Assembly (NCBI GenBank): GCA_040954595.2
Contig: CM082577.2
Span: forward strand, 12,653,803-12,717,802
Length of the DNA: 64,000 nucleotides
Origin: Balanoglossus misakiensis
Lineage: Eukaryota > Animalia > Hemichordata
Direction: 5' to 3'
Positions 1 through 12,477 of the stretch are shown here, in pieces; within the stretch, counting starts at the first letter, position 1; each line of letters starts with the position of its first letter. The position numbers were made by a program, and so were the translations under genes. The notes beneath the pieces are model-generated. The model had not been told where the DNA came from. It searched no databases and saw nothing but the letters and a program-made list of their open reading frames with translations.

Positions 1-175
1 AACAACATTTTGATGGTGATTTGTGAATAAAATCATGTACAAATCACATTCAAGCGACACACAGTCAGAATTCAGTTTCATTTGCTTTTTATTGATTACT
101 AAGTGTGACAGAGGCTAAATCAATTCCATAATCATGGAAACTAGCTACTAAGAATTTGGGGTTGATTTCACTCCA

Positions 176-777
176 CTAGCCACAAACATTGCTCTTTCCC
201 AGATCCGAATTAGCTGACATGTAGAGAGAAGCAGTATTCCAAGTAAAGACATCTCCTCCAATTGAGCAGTCTTGTGCAACCATCGCAACTTGCCCATCTG
301 TTAAAACTCTGGACCACATGTTGAATTGAGTGATGCTGCCAACAAATGCTTGTGATTTGTCATATCCACCTCTCCGGTCATCTTGGTCTTGACCTAACAC
401 CAATGTCCCACCAGTTCTTATAGTCTCACCAGACGCTAAACCTTTACCGCTGCGTAACAAGTCACCATCTTGGTAACTTGCCCAGTTTCCACCACTTGAG
501 GACCATGTCACGCACATATGATGCCAGGCCCCATCATCTACTCCCAATCCTGTCTGAGCCCCTTTCTCTTTGACGTTCAGTGTCAGAGAGGTTGTACCAA
601 AGAAGAGTAACTCGTTACAGCTGGATCTGCTGACACAGTAAGAAAGCAACGTTGCCGTTGCTTTTGGCGAAGAAGCTTTTACCCAGAGACACGCAGTCAC
701 AGCTCTTAAATCAGGGACATTGATTTGAACAGCAACGTCTGTTCTAGTGGAACGCAATTCGAGAGTGTTTCCCTCAC
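176..777 (-). CDS. Pentraxin gene terminal exon (pentraxin domain 6 of 6, ends in TAG)
   Basis: Pentraxin motifs WHHMCVTWSS and LVLGQDQD...FVGSITQFNMWSRVL; acceptor tttcag|GT at 778/777; stop at 176-178; AATAAA on the minus strand at 88-93. Confidence 0.9.
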
Positions 778-957
778 CTGAAACGTGGAAAGACAGAAAA
801 CCTTCTGTAATATAAAATGCAAAGACATTGAAGCTGTGGAATTTGGAATGATTCTAATTTTAAAACAGGAGATTTTCAACTAACACTGAACTTACGTATA
901 TATTCGTCTATGTCAGGGGCATCGAATAGTTGAACACTAATTAAAAACATAACTTAC

Positions 958-1554
958 TGCAAACATTGCTCTTTCCCAGATCCGCATTAGCTGACATGTA
1001 GAGAGAAGCAGTATTCCATGTAAAGACATCTCCTCCAATTGAGCAGTCTTGTGCAACCATCGCAACCTGACAATCTGTTAAAACTCTGGACCACATGTTG
1101 AATTGAGTGATGCTGCCAACAAATGCCTGTGACACATCATATCCACCCCTCCGGTCATCCTGTTCTTGACCTAACACCAATGTCCCACCAGTTCTTATAG
1201 TCTCACCAGACGCTAAACCATCTCCACTCAGATACAAGTCACCATTATGGTAACTTGCCCACTTTCCACCACTTGAGGACCATGTTACACACATATGATG
1301 CCAGGCCCCATCATCTACACCCAATCCTGTCTGAGCGCCTTTCTCTTTGACGTTCAGTGTCAGAGAGGTTGTACCAAAGAAGAGTAACTCGTTACAGCTG
1401 GATCTACTGACACAGTAAGAAACCAATGTTGCCGTTGCTTTTGGCGAAGAAGCTTTTACCCAGAGACACGCAGTCACAGCTCTTAAATCAGGGACATTGA
1501 TTTGAACAGCAACGTCTGTTCTAGTTGAACGCAATTCGAGAGTGTTTCCCTCAC
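958..1554 (-). CDS. Pentraxin domain exon 5 of 6 (597 bp, phase 1-1)
   Basis: Acceptor tttcag|GTGAGG, donor TGCA|gtaagt; open 199-codon frame with pentraxin signature. Confidence 0.9.
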
Positions 1555-1585
1555 CTGAAACGTGGGAAGACAATACCTTCTTTAA

Positions 1586-2203
1586 AGGGGAAATCCGCTG
1601 TAGCTGATTTCTACATAATTTGGTAGCTTTGATGTCTCTCTTTCAGAAAAAAACATATTCGCCATGTATAGGTCGCGCAATTTTTTACAAAATCTAGGGA
1701 AAGTTGGCAGAATTTCCAATACGGCGTTTACTGTAATTTGAATCATGGGAAAAAAGCGCCAGGACCAACTTCCGCCCACCTTGGTGTGGGTGATACCATT
1801 TTCCGATTGGTGTCACTGTGTCACAAGCTAAGCGTATTTGCATATTTTTCATGGGTTATAGCTCATGAAAACTGTCAAGAGATGACAAATTTTCGACTTT
1901 GCTGATGATTGTTTATCAACTGATGCAAAGAACAAACAATAGCTATGAAAATATGCCTAGTCTGTCGCCCAGTGACACCAATCGGAGAATGGTATCACCC
2001 ACACCATGGTGGGCGGAAGTTGCTCCTGGCGCTTTTTTTCCCATGATTCAAATTACAGTAAACGCCATATTGGAAATTCTGCCAACTTTCCCTAGATTTT
2101 GTAAAAAATCGCGCGACCTATACATAGCGAATATGTTTTTTTCTGAAAGAGAGACATCAAAGCTACCAAATTATGTAGAAATCAGCTACAGCGGATTTCC
2201 CCT
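1586..2203. mobile_element. 618-bp long-TIR non-autonomous DNA transposon, Kolobok-like, TTAA target duplication
   Basis: ttaa|AGGGGAAATCCGCTGTAGC ... GCTACAGCGGATTTCCCCT|ttaa; inverted arms >200 bp; sibling introns show the empty site ccttctTTAAtataaaatg. Confidence 0.85.
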
Positions 2204-2354
2204 TTAATATAAAATGCAAAGACATTGTAGCTGTTGAATTTGGAATGATTCTAAGTTTATAACAGCCGATTTTCAACTTGTATAGTATTTCCACATGCAT
2301 TCTTCTATGTTAGGGACATTAAATAGTTGAACTCTAATTAAAAATATAACTTAC

Positions 2355-2951
2355 TGCAAACATTGCTTTTTCCCAGATCCGCATTAGCTGACATGTAGAG
2401 AGAATCAGTATTCCATGTAAAGACATCTCCTCCAATTGAGCAGTCTTGTGCAACCATCGCAACTTGCCCATCTGTTAAGACTCTGGACCACATGTTGAAT
2501 TGAGTGATGCTGCCAACAAATGCCTGTGACACATCATATCCACCCCTCCGGTCATCTTGATCTTGACCTAACACCAATGTCCCACCAGTTCTTATAGTCT
2601 CACCAGACGCTAAACCATCTCCACTCAGATACAAGTCACCATTATGGTAACTTGCCCAGCTTCCACCACTTGAGGACCATGTCACGCACATATGATGCCA
2701 GGCCCCATCATCTACCCCCAATCCTGTCTGAGCGCCTTTGCCTTTGACGTTCAGTGTCAGAGAGGTTGTACCAAAGAAGAGTAACTCGTTGCAGCTGGAT
2801 TTGCTGACACAGTAAGAAACCAACGTTGCCGTTGCTTTTGGCGAAGAAGCTTTTACCCAGAGACACGCAGTCACAGCTCTTAAATCAGGGACATTGATTT
2901 GAACAGCAACGTCTGTTCTAGTGGAACGCAATTCGAGAGTGTTTCCCTCAC
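2355..2951 (-). CDS. Pentraxin domain exon 4 of 6 (597 bp, phase 1-1)
   Basis: Same splice sites and motifs as sibling exons. Confidence 0.9.
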
Positions 2952-3030
2952 CTGAAACGTGGAAAGACAGACAACTTTCTTTAATATAAAATGCAAAGAC
3001 ATCGTAGCTGTGGAATTTGGAATGATTCTA

Positions 3031-4465
3031 ATTAGGGGCCCAAGCCTGGCTTGGCTTGGGTCCCTATTGGTTTCGTTGGAGTTTATCTTTGTTTCTTTCT
3101 TTCTTTCTTTATTCTTGTGGCAATTCTTTGCTCACCTAGATCTCTGAAACGGCTACAGGCACACTTCTCAAACTTGCGACAGTGGTCAAGGTCAGTGAGC
3201 TGCACTGACTCGTGAATAATTAATTAGTCACGTGACCTGGCGGCCATATTGGATTTTCTGAAAAAATGCAAATCTCAGATCTCAGAAACTACAAGTCAGA
3301 TTGACTTCAAATTTGGTGTGCAGCTGGTACACCTTATGCCCATCATTTTTGTAATTGGATAGTATGTTGTCAAAGTTGCAGTTATTTTGCTACAATTTTT
3401 TTTCTGAAATCTGGTTTAAATTTCAAAAATCTTCTTCTCCAGAACCGGTGATAACCGAGACACGGGGTTCAGGGTATGTGGTCATCTAACTGATGTCTAT
3501 CAAGATTGCGAAGATCATTGTGATTGGTCGAAGATTGTGGCGGCCATATTGGATTTTCGAAAATCATAGTAAAATTTCAAAAATAATCTTCTCCAGAACG
3601 GGCAATAACCGAGTTGTGGGATTTGGGGTGTGTAGTCACCTAACTGGTGTCATCAAGTTTGTGAAGAGCGTTGTGATTGGTCGCAGATTATGGAGGCCAT
3701 ATTGGATTTTTTGAAAACCGATTAAAAAGTAAAAATTCTCTTTCTAGCCTGAAAATTGATTACACAGAAATTCTTTTAATGGATATGAATCATCTTATGA
3801 CAATAATCAGCTACAAATACTTTGGTAATTTTGACAATGACCTTTGACCTACTTTTGACACAATTTTTCTGCATATCTAATTCCAGGCTAACCAATAGGG
3901 TTATTAGTTTGGTTTTTGATTTATGTGGATTTGTATGTGATAAAAATTTTTTGTTACTTTTCATGACCCCTTTGACCTCTGCTGACATCATTTAATATGC
4001 ACATACCTAATTACAGATGAACCAATAAACCTATAGGTTTGGTTTTTGTTGGACATGTATCCGTATGGGGTTAAAATATTATGCCCAAGTTTTGGGTGAC
4101 CTTTGACCTACTTTTGCATATCTCGTCATACACAGCAGATACAGCTTTGGCATTTGGAGGGATGGCACTCCTAATTGAGTCTCACACTTTACCTCATTAA
4201 TTATTCGCATATCTAAATCCAGGCCAACCAAAATGGTTGGGGGTCTGGTTTTTGTTGGACATTGGCAAGTAAATTTTGACCAAATTTGGAGTGACCTTTG
4301 ACCTACATTCACATATCTCAGCACCAAACATACATACAGCCATGTTATTTCAAAGGATAAAACACCGATGACAGCATTATGTTTCTACGTATTAATTATG
4401 TGCATATCTAATTCCGGATCAGATAATAGAGCTTGAGCGCCGACAATGCTGCTTGCAGCTTTAAT
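3031..4465 (+). mobile_element. ~1.43-kb non-autonomous Helentron/DINE-like insertion in pentraxin intron
   Basis: Absent from sibling 180-bp introns (empty site gattctaattttataacag); 5' hairpin aggggcccaagcc..ggcttgggtccct, (TTTC)n tract, internal repeats, subterminal inverted gcttgagcgcc and 3' end gctgcttgcagctttaatt. Confidence 0.65.
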
Positions 4466-4564
4466 TTTATAACAGGCGATTTTCAACTTGTATAGTACTT
4501 TTGCATGCATTCTTCTATGTTAGGGACACTAAATAGTTGAACTCTAATTAAAAACATAACTTAC

Positions 4565-5161
4565 TGCAAACATTGCTCTTTCCCAGATCCGCATTAGCTG
4601 ACATGTAGAGAGAATCAGTATTCCATGTAAAGACATCTCCTCCAATTGAGCAGTCTTGTGCCACCATCGCAACTTGCCCATCTGTTAAGACTCTGGACCA
4701 CATGTTAAATTGAGTGATGCTGCCAACAAATGCCTGTGACACATCATATCCACCCCTCCGGTCATCTTGATCTTGACCTAACACCAATGTCCCACCAGTT
4801 CTTATAGTCTCACCAGACGCTAAACCATCTCCATTCAGATACAAGTCACCATTATGGTAACTTGCCCAGTTTCCACCACTTGAGGACCATGTCACGCACA
4901 TATGATGCCAGGTCCCATCATCTACCCCCAATCCTGTCTGAGCGCCTTTCTCTTTGACGTTCAGTGTCAGAGAGGTTGTACCAAAGAAGAGTAACTCGTT
5001 ACAGCTGGATCTACTGACACAGTAAGAAACCAACGTTGCCGTTGCTTTTGGCGAAGAAGCTTTTACCCAGAGACACGCAGTCACAGCTCTTAAATCAGGG
5101 ACATTGATTTGAACAGCAACGTCTGTTCTAGTGGAACGCAATTCGAGAGTGTTTCCCTCAC
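4565..5161 (-). CDS. Pentraxin domain exon 3 of 6 (597 bp, phase 1-1)
   Basis: Same splice sites and motifs as sibling exons. Confidence 0.9.
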
Positions 5162-5341
5162 CTGAAACGTGGAAAGGCAGAAAACCTTCTTTAATATAAA
5201 ATGCAAAGACATTGTAGCTGTGGAATTTGGAATGATTCTAATTGTATAACAGAAGATTTTCAACTACCATTGTACTTTCGTATATATTCTTCTATGTCAG
5301 GGGCATCGGATAGTTTGACACTAATAAAAAACAAAACTTAC

Positions 5342-5938
5342 TGCAAACATTGCTCTTTCCCAGCTCTGCATTAGCTGACATGTAGAGAGAAGCAGTATTC
5401 CAAGTAAAGACATCTCCTCCAATTGAGCAGTCTTGTGCTACCATCGCAACTTGCTCATCTGTTAAAACTCTGGACCACATGTTGAATTGAGTGATGCTGC
5501 CAACAAATGCCTGTGACATATCATATCCACCTCTCCGGTCATCTTGTTCTTGACCTAACACCAATGTCCCACCAGTTCTTATAGTCTCACCAGACGCTAA
5601 ACCTTGACCGCTGCGTAACAAGTCACCATCTTGGTAACTTGCCCAGTTTCCACCACTTGAGGACCATGTCACGCACATATGATGCCAGGCCCCATCATCT
5701 ACCCCCAATCCTGTCTGAGCGCCTTTCCCTTTGACGTTCAGTGTCAGAGAGGTTGTACCAAAGAAGAGTAACTCGTTGCAGCTGGATTTGCTGACACAGT
5801 AAGAAAGCAACGTTGCCGTTGCTTTTGGCGAAGAAGCTTTTACCCAGAGACACGCAGTCACAGCTCTTAAATCAGGGACATTGATTTGAACAGCAACGTC
5901 TGTTCTAGTGGAACGCAATTCGAGAGTGTTTCCCTCAC
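5342..5938 (-). CDS. Pentraxin domain exon 2 of 6 (597 bp, phase 1-1)
   Basis: Same splice sites and motifs; 180-bp flanking introns. Confidence 0.9.
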
Positions 5939-6118
5939 CTGAAACGTGGAAAGGCAGAAAACCTTCTTTAATATAAAATGCAAAGACATTGTAGCTGTGG
6001 AATTTGGAATGATTCTAATTTTATAACAGCCGATTTTCAACTTGTATAGTATTTCCACATGCATTCTTCTATGTTAGGGACACTAAATAGTTGAACACTA
6101 GTTAAAAACATAACTTAC

Positions 6119-6715
6119 TGCAAACATTGCTCTTTCCCAGATCCGCATTAGCTGACATGTAGAGAGAAGCAGTATTCCATGTAAAGACATCTCCTCCAAT
6201 TGAGCAGTCTTGTGCAACCATCGCAACTTGCCCATCTGTTAAGACTCTGGACCACATGTTGAATTGAGTGATGCTGCCAACAAATGCCTGTGACACATCA
6301 TATCCACCCCTCCGGTCATCCTGTTCTTGACCTAACACCAATGTCCCACCAGTTCTTATAGTCTCACCAGACGCTAAACCATCTCCACTCAGATACAAGT
6401 CACCATTATGGTAACTTGCCCACTTTCCACCACTTGAGGACCATGTCACGCACATGTGATGCCACGCACCATCATCTACCCCCAATCCTGTCTGAGCGCT
6501 TTTCTCTTTGACGTTCAGTGTCAGAGAGGTTGTACCAAAGAAAAGTAACTCGTTACAGCTGGATCTGCTGACACAGTAAGAAAGCAACGTTGCCGTTGCT
6601 TTTGGCGAAGAAGCTTTTACCCAGAGACACGCAGTCACAGCTCTTAAATCAGGGACATTGATTTGAACAGCAACGTCTGTTCTAGTGGAACGCAATTCGA
6701 GAGTGTTTCCCTCAC
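6119..6715 (-). CDS. Pentraxin domain exon 1 of 6 (597 bp, phase 1-1)
   Basis: Same splice sites and motifs; phase-compatible with the leader exon at 23014-23083. Confidence 0.9.
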
Positions 6716-6780
6716 CTGAAACGTGGAAAGGCAGAAAACCTTCTAATATAAAATGCAAAGACATTGTAGCTGTGGAGTGA

Positions 6781-9287
6781 GTATGTATGTATGTATGTAT
6801 GTATGTATGTATGTATGTATGTATGTATGTATGTATGTATGTATGTATGTATGTATGTATGTATGTATGTATGTATGTATGTATGTATGTATGTATGTAT
6901 GTATGTATGTATGTATGTATGTATGTATGTATGTATGTATGTATGTATGTATGTATGTATGTATGTATGTATGTATGTATGTATGTATGTATGTATGTAT
7001 GTATGTATGTATGTATGTATGTATGTATGTATGTATGTATGTATGTATGTATGTATGTATGTATGTATGTATGTATGTATGTATGTATGTATGTATGTAT
7101 GTATGTATGTATGTATGTATGTATGTATGTATGTATGTATGTATGTATGTATGTATGTATGTATGTATGTATGTATGTATGTATGTATGTATGTATGTAT
7201 GTATGTATGTATGTATGTATGTATGTATGTATGTATGTATGTATGTATGTATGTATGTATGTATGTATGTATGTATGTATGTATGTATGTATGTATGTAT
7301 GTATGTATGTATGTATGTATGTATGTATGTATGTATGTATGTATGTATGTATGTATGTATGTATGTATGTATGTATGTATGTATGTATGTATGTATGTAT
7401 GTATGTATGTATGTATGTATGTATGTATGTATGTATGTATGTATGTATGTATGTATGTATGTATGTATGTATGTATGTATGTATGTATGTATGTATGTAT
7501 GTATGTATGTATGTATGTATGTATGTATGTATGTATGTATGTATGTATGTATGTATGTATGTATGTATGTATGTATGTATGTATGTATGTATGTATGTAT
7601 GTATGTATGTATGTATGTATGTATGTATGTATGTATGTATGTATGTATGTATGTATGTATGTATGTATGTATGTATGTATGTATGTATGTATGTATGTAT
7701 GTATGTATGTATGTATGTATGTATGTATGTATGTATGTATGTATGTATGTATGTATGTATGTATGTATGTATGTATGTATGTATGTATGTATGTATGTAT
7801 GTATGTATGTATGTATGTATGTATGTATGTATGTATGTATGTATGTATGTATGTATGTATGTATGTATGTATGTATGTATGTATGTATGTATGTATGTAT
7901 GTATGTATGTATGTATGTATGTATGTATGTATGTATGTATGTATGTATGTATGTATGTATGTATGTATGTATGTATGTATGTATGTATGTATGTATGTAT
8001 GTATGTATGTATGTATGTATGTATGTATGTATGTATGTATGTATGTATGTATGTATGTATGTATGTATGTATGTATGTATGTATGTATGTATGTATGTAT
8101 GTATGTATGTATGTATGTATGTATGTATGTATGTATGTATGTATGTATGTATGTATGTATGTATGTATGTATGTATGTATGTATGTATGTATGTATGTAT
8201 GTATGTATGTATGTATGTATGTATGTATGTATGTATGTATGTATGTATGTATGTATGTATGTATGTATGTATGTATGTATGTATGTATGTATGTATGTAT
8301 GTATGTATGTATGTATGTATGTATGTATGTATGTATGTATGTATGTATGTATGTATGTATGTATGTATGTATGTATGTATGTATGTATGTATGTATGTAT
8401 GTATGTATGTATGTATGTATGTATGTATGTATGTATGTATGTATGTATGTATGTATGTATGTATGTATGTATGTATGTATGTATGTATGTATGTATGTAT
8501 GTATGTATGTATGTATGTATGTATGTATGTATGTATGTATGTATGTATGTATGTATGTATGTATGTATGTATGTATGTATGTATGTATGTATGTATGTAT
8601 GTATGTATGTATGTATGTATGTATGTATGTATGTATGTATGTATGTATGTATGTATGTATGTATGTATGTATGTATGTATGTATGTATGTATGTATGTAT
8701 GTATGTATGTATGTATGTATGTATGTATGTATGTATGTATGTATGTATGTATGTATGTATGTATGTATGTATGTATGTATGTATGTATGTATGTATGTAT
8801 GTATGTATGTATGTATGTATGTATGTATGTATGTATGTATGTATGTATGTATGTATGTATGTATGTATGTATGTATGTATGTATGTATGTATGTATGTAT
8901 GTATGTATGTATGTATGTATGTATGTATGTATGTATGTATGTATGTATGTATGTATGTATGTATGTATGTATGTATGTATGTATGTATGTATGTATGTAT
9001 GTATGTATGTATGTATGTATGTATGTATGTATGTATGTATGTATGTATGTATGTATGTATGTATGTATGTATGTATGTATGTATGTATGTATGTATGTAT
9101 GTATGTATGTATGTATGTATGTATGTATGTATGTATGTATGTATGTATGTATGTATGTATGTATGTATGTATGTATGTATGTATGTATGTATGTATGTAT
9201 GTATGTATGTATGTATGTATGTATGTATGTATGTATGTATGTATGTATGTATTTATGTATGTATGTATGTATGTATGTATGTATGTA
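6781..9287 (+). repeat. (TATG)n array, ~2.5 kb, one visible interruption at 9253
   Basis: Direct reading. Confidence 0.99.
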
Positions 9288-9382
9288 CGAAGTATGCGGT
9301 TCGACTGGTCCGATCCAAAGTGCTCAATACAAGAGTAGAGCGGAGTATAAAGAAAGGTAGTAGGAGAAACGGAAGGCGGTAA

Positions 9383-9433
9383 AATCTCTACAGCGCTGTT
9401 TCGTGAGTTACTAGACTCACTCATCAGGGGATC
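9383..9433 (-). ncRNA. Minimal type I hammerhead ribozyme
   Basis: CUGAUGA, stem II GUGAG/CUCAC, GAAA, palindromic stem III CAGCGCUG, GUA cleavage triplet; stem I gauccc/gagauu has one C-A mismatch. Confidence 0.85.
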
Positions 9434-9590
9434 AAACTGGCGAAAATGCAAGGGGGAAGGCGCGTTTTTATGCAGGTACACAGGTGGTGGAATGTAAGTT
9501 GGGGTGGGCCGTTTTGCATAACAATGTGTATAGCTTGTGTGTGGGGAGTACCTAGATTTAATTGTTGCGTAACAATGCTTTGTGTCTGTG

Positions 9591-11116
9591 TCAGCAAGAG
9601 GACACAAGTTCGTTTCTTTTATTGAGTGTGGAAATTTCTGGGTTACGAATGATAATAAATTTCTCTGTTAAGCAGAGGTTGCACCGTTTGGTTGCGCTGT
9701 TGTATGGCTTGGCTTTGGCTAAAATTTTCCATGAAATAGTGTGGGCGATGTCGTTGTCCTTCAGAGTCCAAATGTGTTTGCTCAGTTCGGTGGAGTTCCT
9801 GGAGCGTGCGAGTCGGAAAGATGAAGTGTGGTTTCTGTATCTTGTTTTAAAGTCGTTCTCGGTTAGTCCGACGTATGTGTCCGAGGTGTTGTTGTCTGTG
9901 CGGGTAACTGTGGCCTGGTAGATGACGGAGTTTTGGAGGCAGTTACCGTCGAGCGGGCATTTGTCCTTTTGTCGGCAGTTGCAAGTCTTGGTGTTGTCGG
10001 TCTCGTCTGTGTTGTTGTCGTGCGATTTCAAGATGCGTTTGTTGTGGTTGTCGATGATCTGCTTCGTATTGTTCATACAGCTGTAGCTAATTTTCATCGT
10101 GTTCCTGTTGAATATTTTCCTGAGTTTGTTGTCTTGCGGGAAGCATTTGTCTATGAGAAGGAGGAATTTCTGTCCGATGTTGGTGCTGACGTTTTTGCTG
10201 AATGGGGGGTTGTACCAGATGATGTTGTTTCTTTGTCTGTTTCTTCTTTTATTCGCGGTGGTTGTTGGTTCATAGCGTAAAGTGTATTGGTATCCGCTGG
10301 CGTCGAGTGCTTTTTGGTATGGCGGGGTAGCTTGGTCGAATGAGGCCTGGTCGGATGATAGCTGGGAGAGTCGTTTGTTGATTCCGGCTGGTATGTTCTT
10401 GGTGATGCTGGTGGGGTGGTTGCTTTCGCGGTGGACATATTGGAGTGTTGTGTTGGGCTTTGTGTAGGGTTGGTACGTGTTTCTGGCCAGGTTGAATGTG
10501 ACGTCGAGGAAGTTGATGACTTGTTTGTTAGCTTCGATGGTGATTTTGAGACCGTTGATTTTGAATATTCGGCAGATTTCTTTTTTTATGTTTTCTGTGG
10601 ATCTCGGGGTGGCGTCTGTGATGGCTAGTCCGTCGTCTCTGTATAGTCCGATGTTGTTGCCGAATTTATTCTGTGGCTGGGAGAGGAGGAAGCTGCCTAC
10701 CAGTTCGCATGTTTCTGCACCGTCGAAACTGCCCATGGTGACATCGAATGTCGTAGGCGGAGGCGAAGTCAAGTGCTTTGTTGAGGAGGTTTTCGCTGAT
10801 GGAGGGGTAGAATTCCTCGATGTCGAAGCAGATAAAGTTGCATTTTTCCTTGTTTTTGATGAGTTTGAACCATTCGACTACAGCTGATGTGTTTTTCCAT
10901 TGGTTGACTGCGGTGGATGCTGTGATTTTCTTATTTATACGGTCGAGGATTTCTTTGCTGATTTTGCCTATTTCTGATTTGGTCGGGTTGATCAATCTGC
11001 AGGTGGGTTTGTTGGCAAAATTCGGTTTGTGGTCTTTCAGGGTTATGAATGCGTCTTTGTTGGCCGTGATGTCTATTCTGTCGCCGATGTCAAGTTTCAT
11101 TGCGATGTGTTTGTTA
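9591..11116 (-). pseudogene. PLE reverse transcriptase-GIY-YIG ORF, 5'-truncated, internal deletion/frameshift near 10750, premature TGA
   Basis: ORFs 10666-11184 (motif A) and 9591-10772 (motifs B, C, endonuclease) lie in different frames; the segment normally between DFA and FDVTMG is missing. Confidence 0.85.
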
Positions 11117-12393
11117 AAGCTAAAAGATGACGCCCAACGTATCAAGAAAGAAACCAAACTACTTATCGCCGCAGACAAAACCACAAACTTCTACAAGCTA
11201 GACCCCCCGACTTACAACGACCTGTTAGAACGCAACATTACCAAATCATACAAAAAGCCCACCCCGCTACTACCCAAGCAATCCACGACGAAAACACCAT
11301 CGAAGCTAACAAACAAGTCATCAACTTCCTCGACGTCACATTCAACCTGACCAGAAACACGTACCAACCCTACACAAAGCCCAACACAACACTCCAATAT
11401 GTCCACCGCGAAAGCAACCACCCCACCAGCATCACCAAGAACATACCAGCCGGAATCAACAAACGACTCTCCCAGCTATCATCCGACAAGGCCTCATTCG
11501 ACCAAGCCGCCCCGCCATACCAAAAAGCACTCGACGCCAGCGGATACCAATACACTTTACGCTATGAACCAACAACCACCGCGAATAAAAGAAGAAACAG
11601 ACAAAGAAACAACATCATCTGGTACAACCCCCCATTCAGCAAAAACGTCAGCACCAACATCGGACAGAAATTCCTCCTTCTCATAGACAAATGCTTCCCG
11701 CAAGACAACAAACTCAGGAAAATATTCAACAGGAACACGATGAAAATTAGCTACAGCTGTATGAACAATACGAAGCAGATCATCGACAACCACAACAAAC
11801 GCATCTTGAAATCGCACGACAACAACACAGACGAGACCGACAACACCAAGACTTGCAACTGCCGACAAAAGGACAAATGCCCGCTCGACGGTAACTGCCT
11901 CCAAAACTCCGTCATCTACCAGGCCACAGTTACCCGCACAGACAACAACACCTCGGACACATACGTCGGACTAACCGAGAACGACTTTAAAACAAGATAC
12001 AGAAACCACACTTCATCTTTCCGACTCGCACGCTCCAGGAACTCAGCAAACACATTTGGACTCTGAAGGACAACGACATCGCCCACACTATTTCATGGAA
12101 AATTTTATCCAAAGCCAAGCCATACAACAGCGCAACCAAACGGTGCAACCTCTGCTTAACAGAGAAATTTATTATCATTCGTAACCCAGAAATTTCCACA
12201 CTCAATAAAAGAAACGAACTTGTGTCCTCTTGCTGACACAGACACAAAGCATTGTTACGCAACAATTAAATCTAGGTACTCCCCACACACAAGCTATACA
12301 CATTGTTATGCAAAACGGCCCACCCCAACTTACATTCCACCACCTGTGTACCTGCATAAAAACGCGCCTTCCCCCTTGCATTTTCGCCAGTTT

Positions 12394-12444
12394 GATCCCC
12401 TGATGAGTGAGTCTAGTAACTCACGAAACAGCGCTGTAGAGATT
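12394..12444 (+). ncRNA. Minimal type I hammerhead ribozyme
   Basis: gatcccCTGATGAgtgagtctagtaactcacGAAAcagcgctGTAgagatt. Confidence 0.85.
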
Positions 12445-12477
12445 TTACCGCCTTCCGTTTCTCCTACTACCCTTCTT

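Noticed and set aside
176-6764. Six separate intronless pentraxin genes
   Set aside because: ORF starts are TTG or intronic, there are no individual signal peptides, and conserved splice sites flank each unit
6781-9287. Telomere or interstitial telomeric repeat
   Set aside because: The unit is TATG, not TTAGGG-like, and the arrays lie inside a predicted intron with unique sequence on both sides
9561-9593. In-frame TGA in PLE C-terminus (SSC*HRHKALL) as selenocysteine, as reported for some Naiad elements
   Set aside because: It sits at the Arg of the usual CRH motif (CGA>TGA is a common CpG change), not at a Cys, and no SECIS-like AUGA/GA core was seen between the ORF end and the hammerhead
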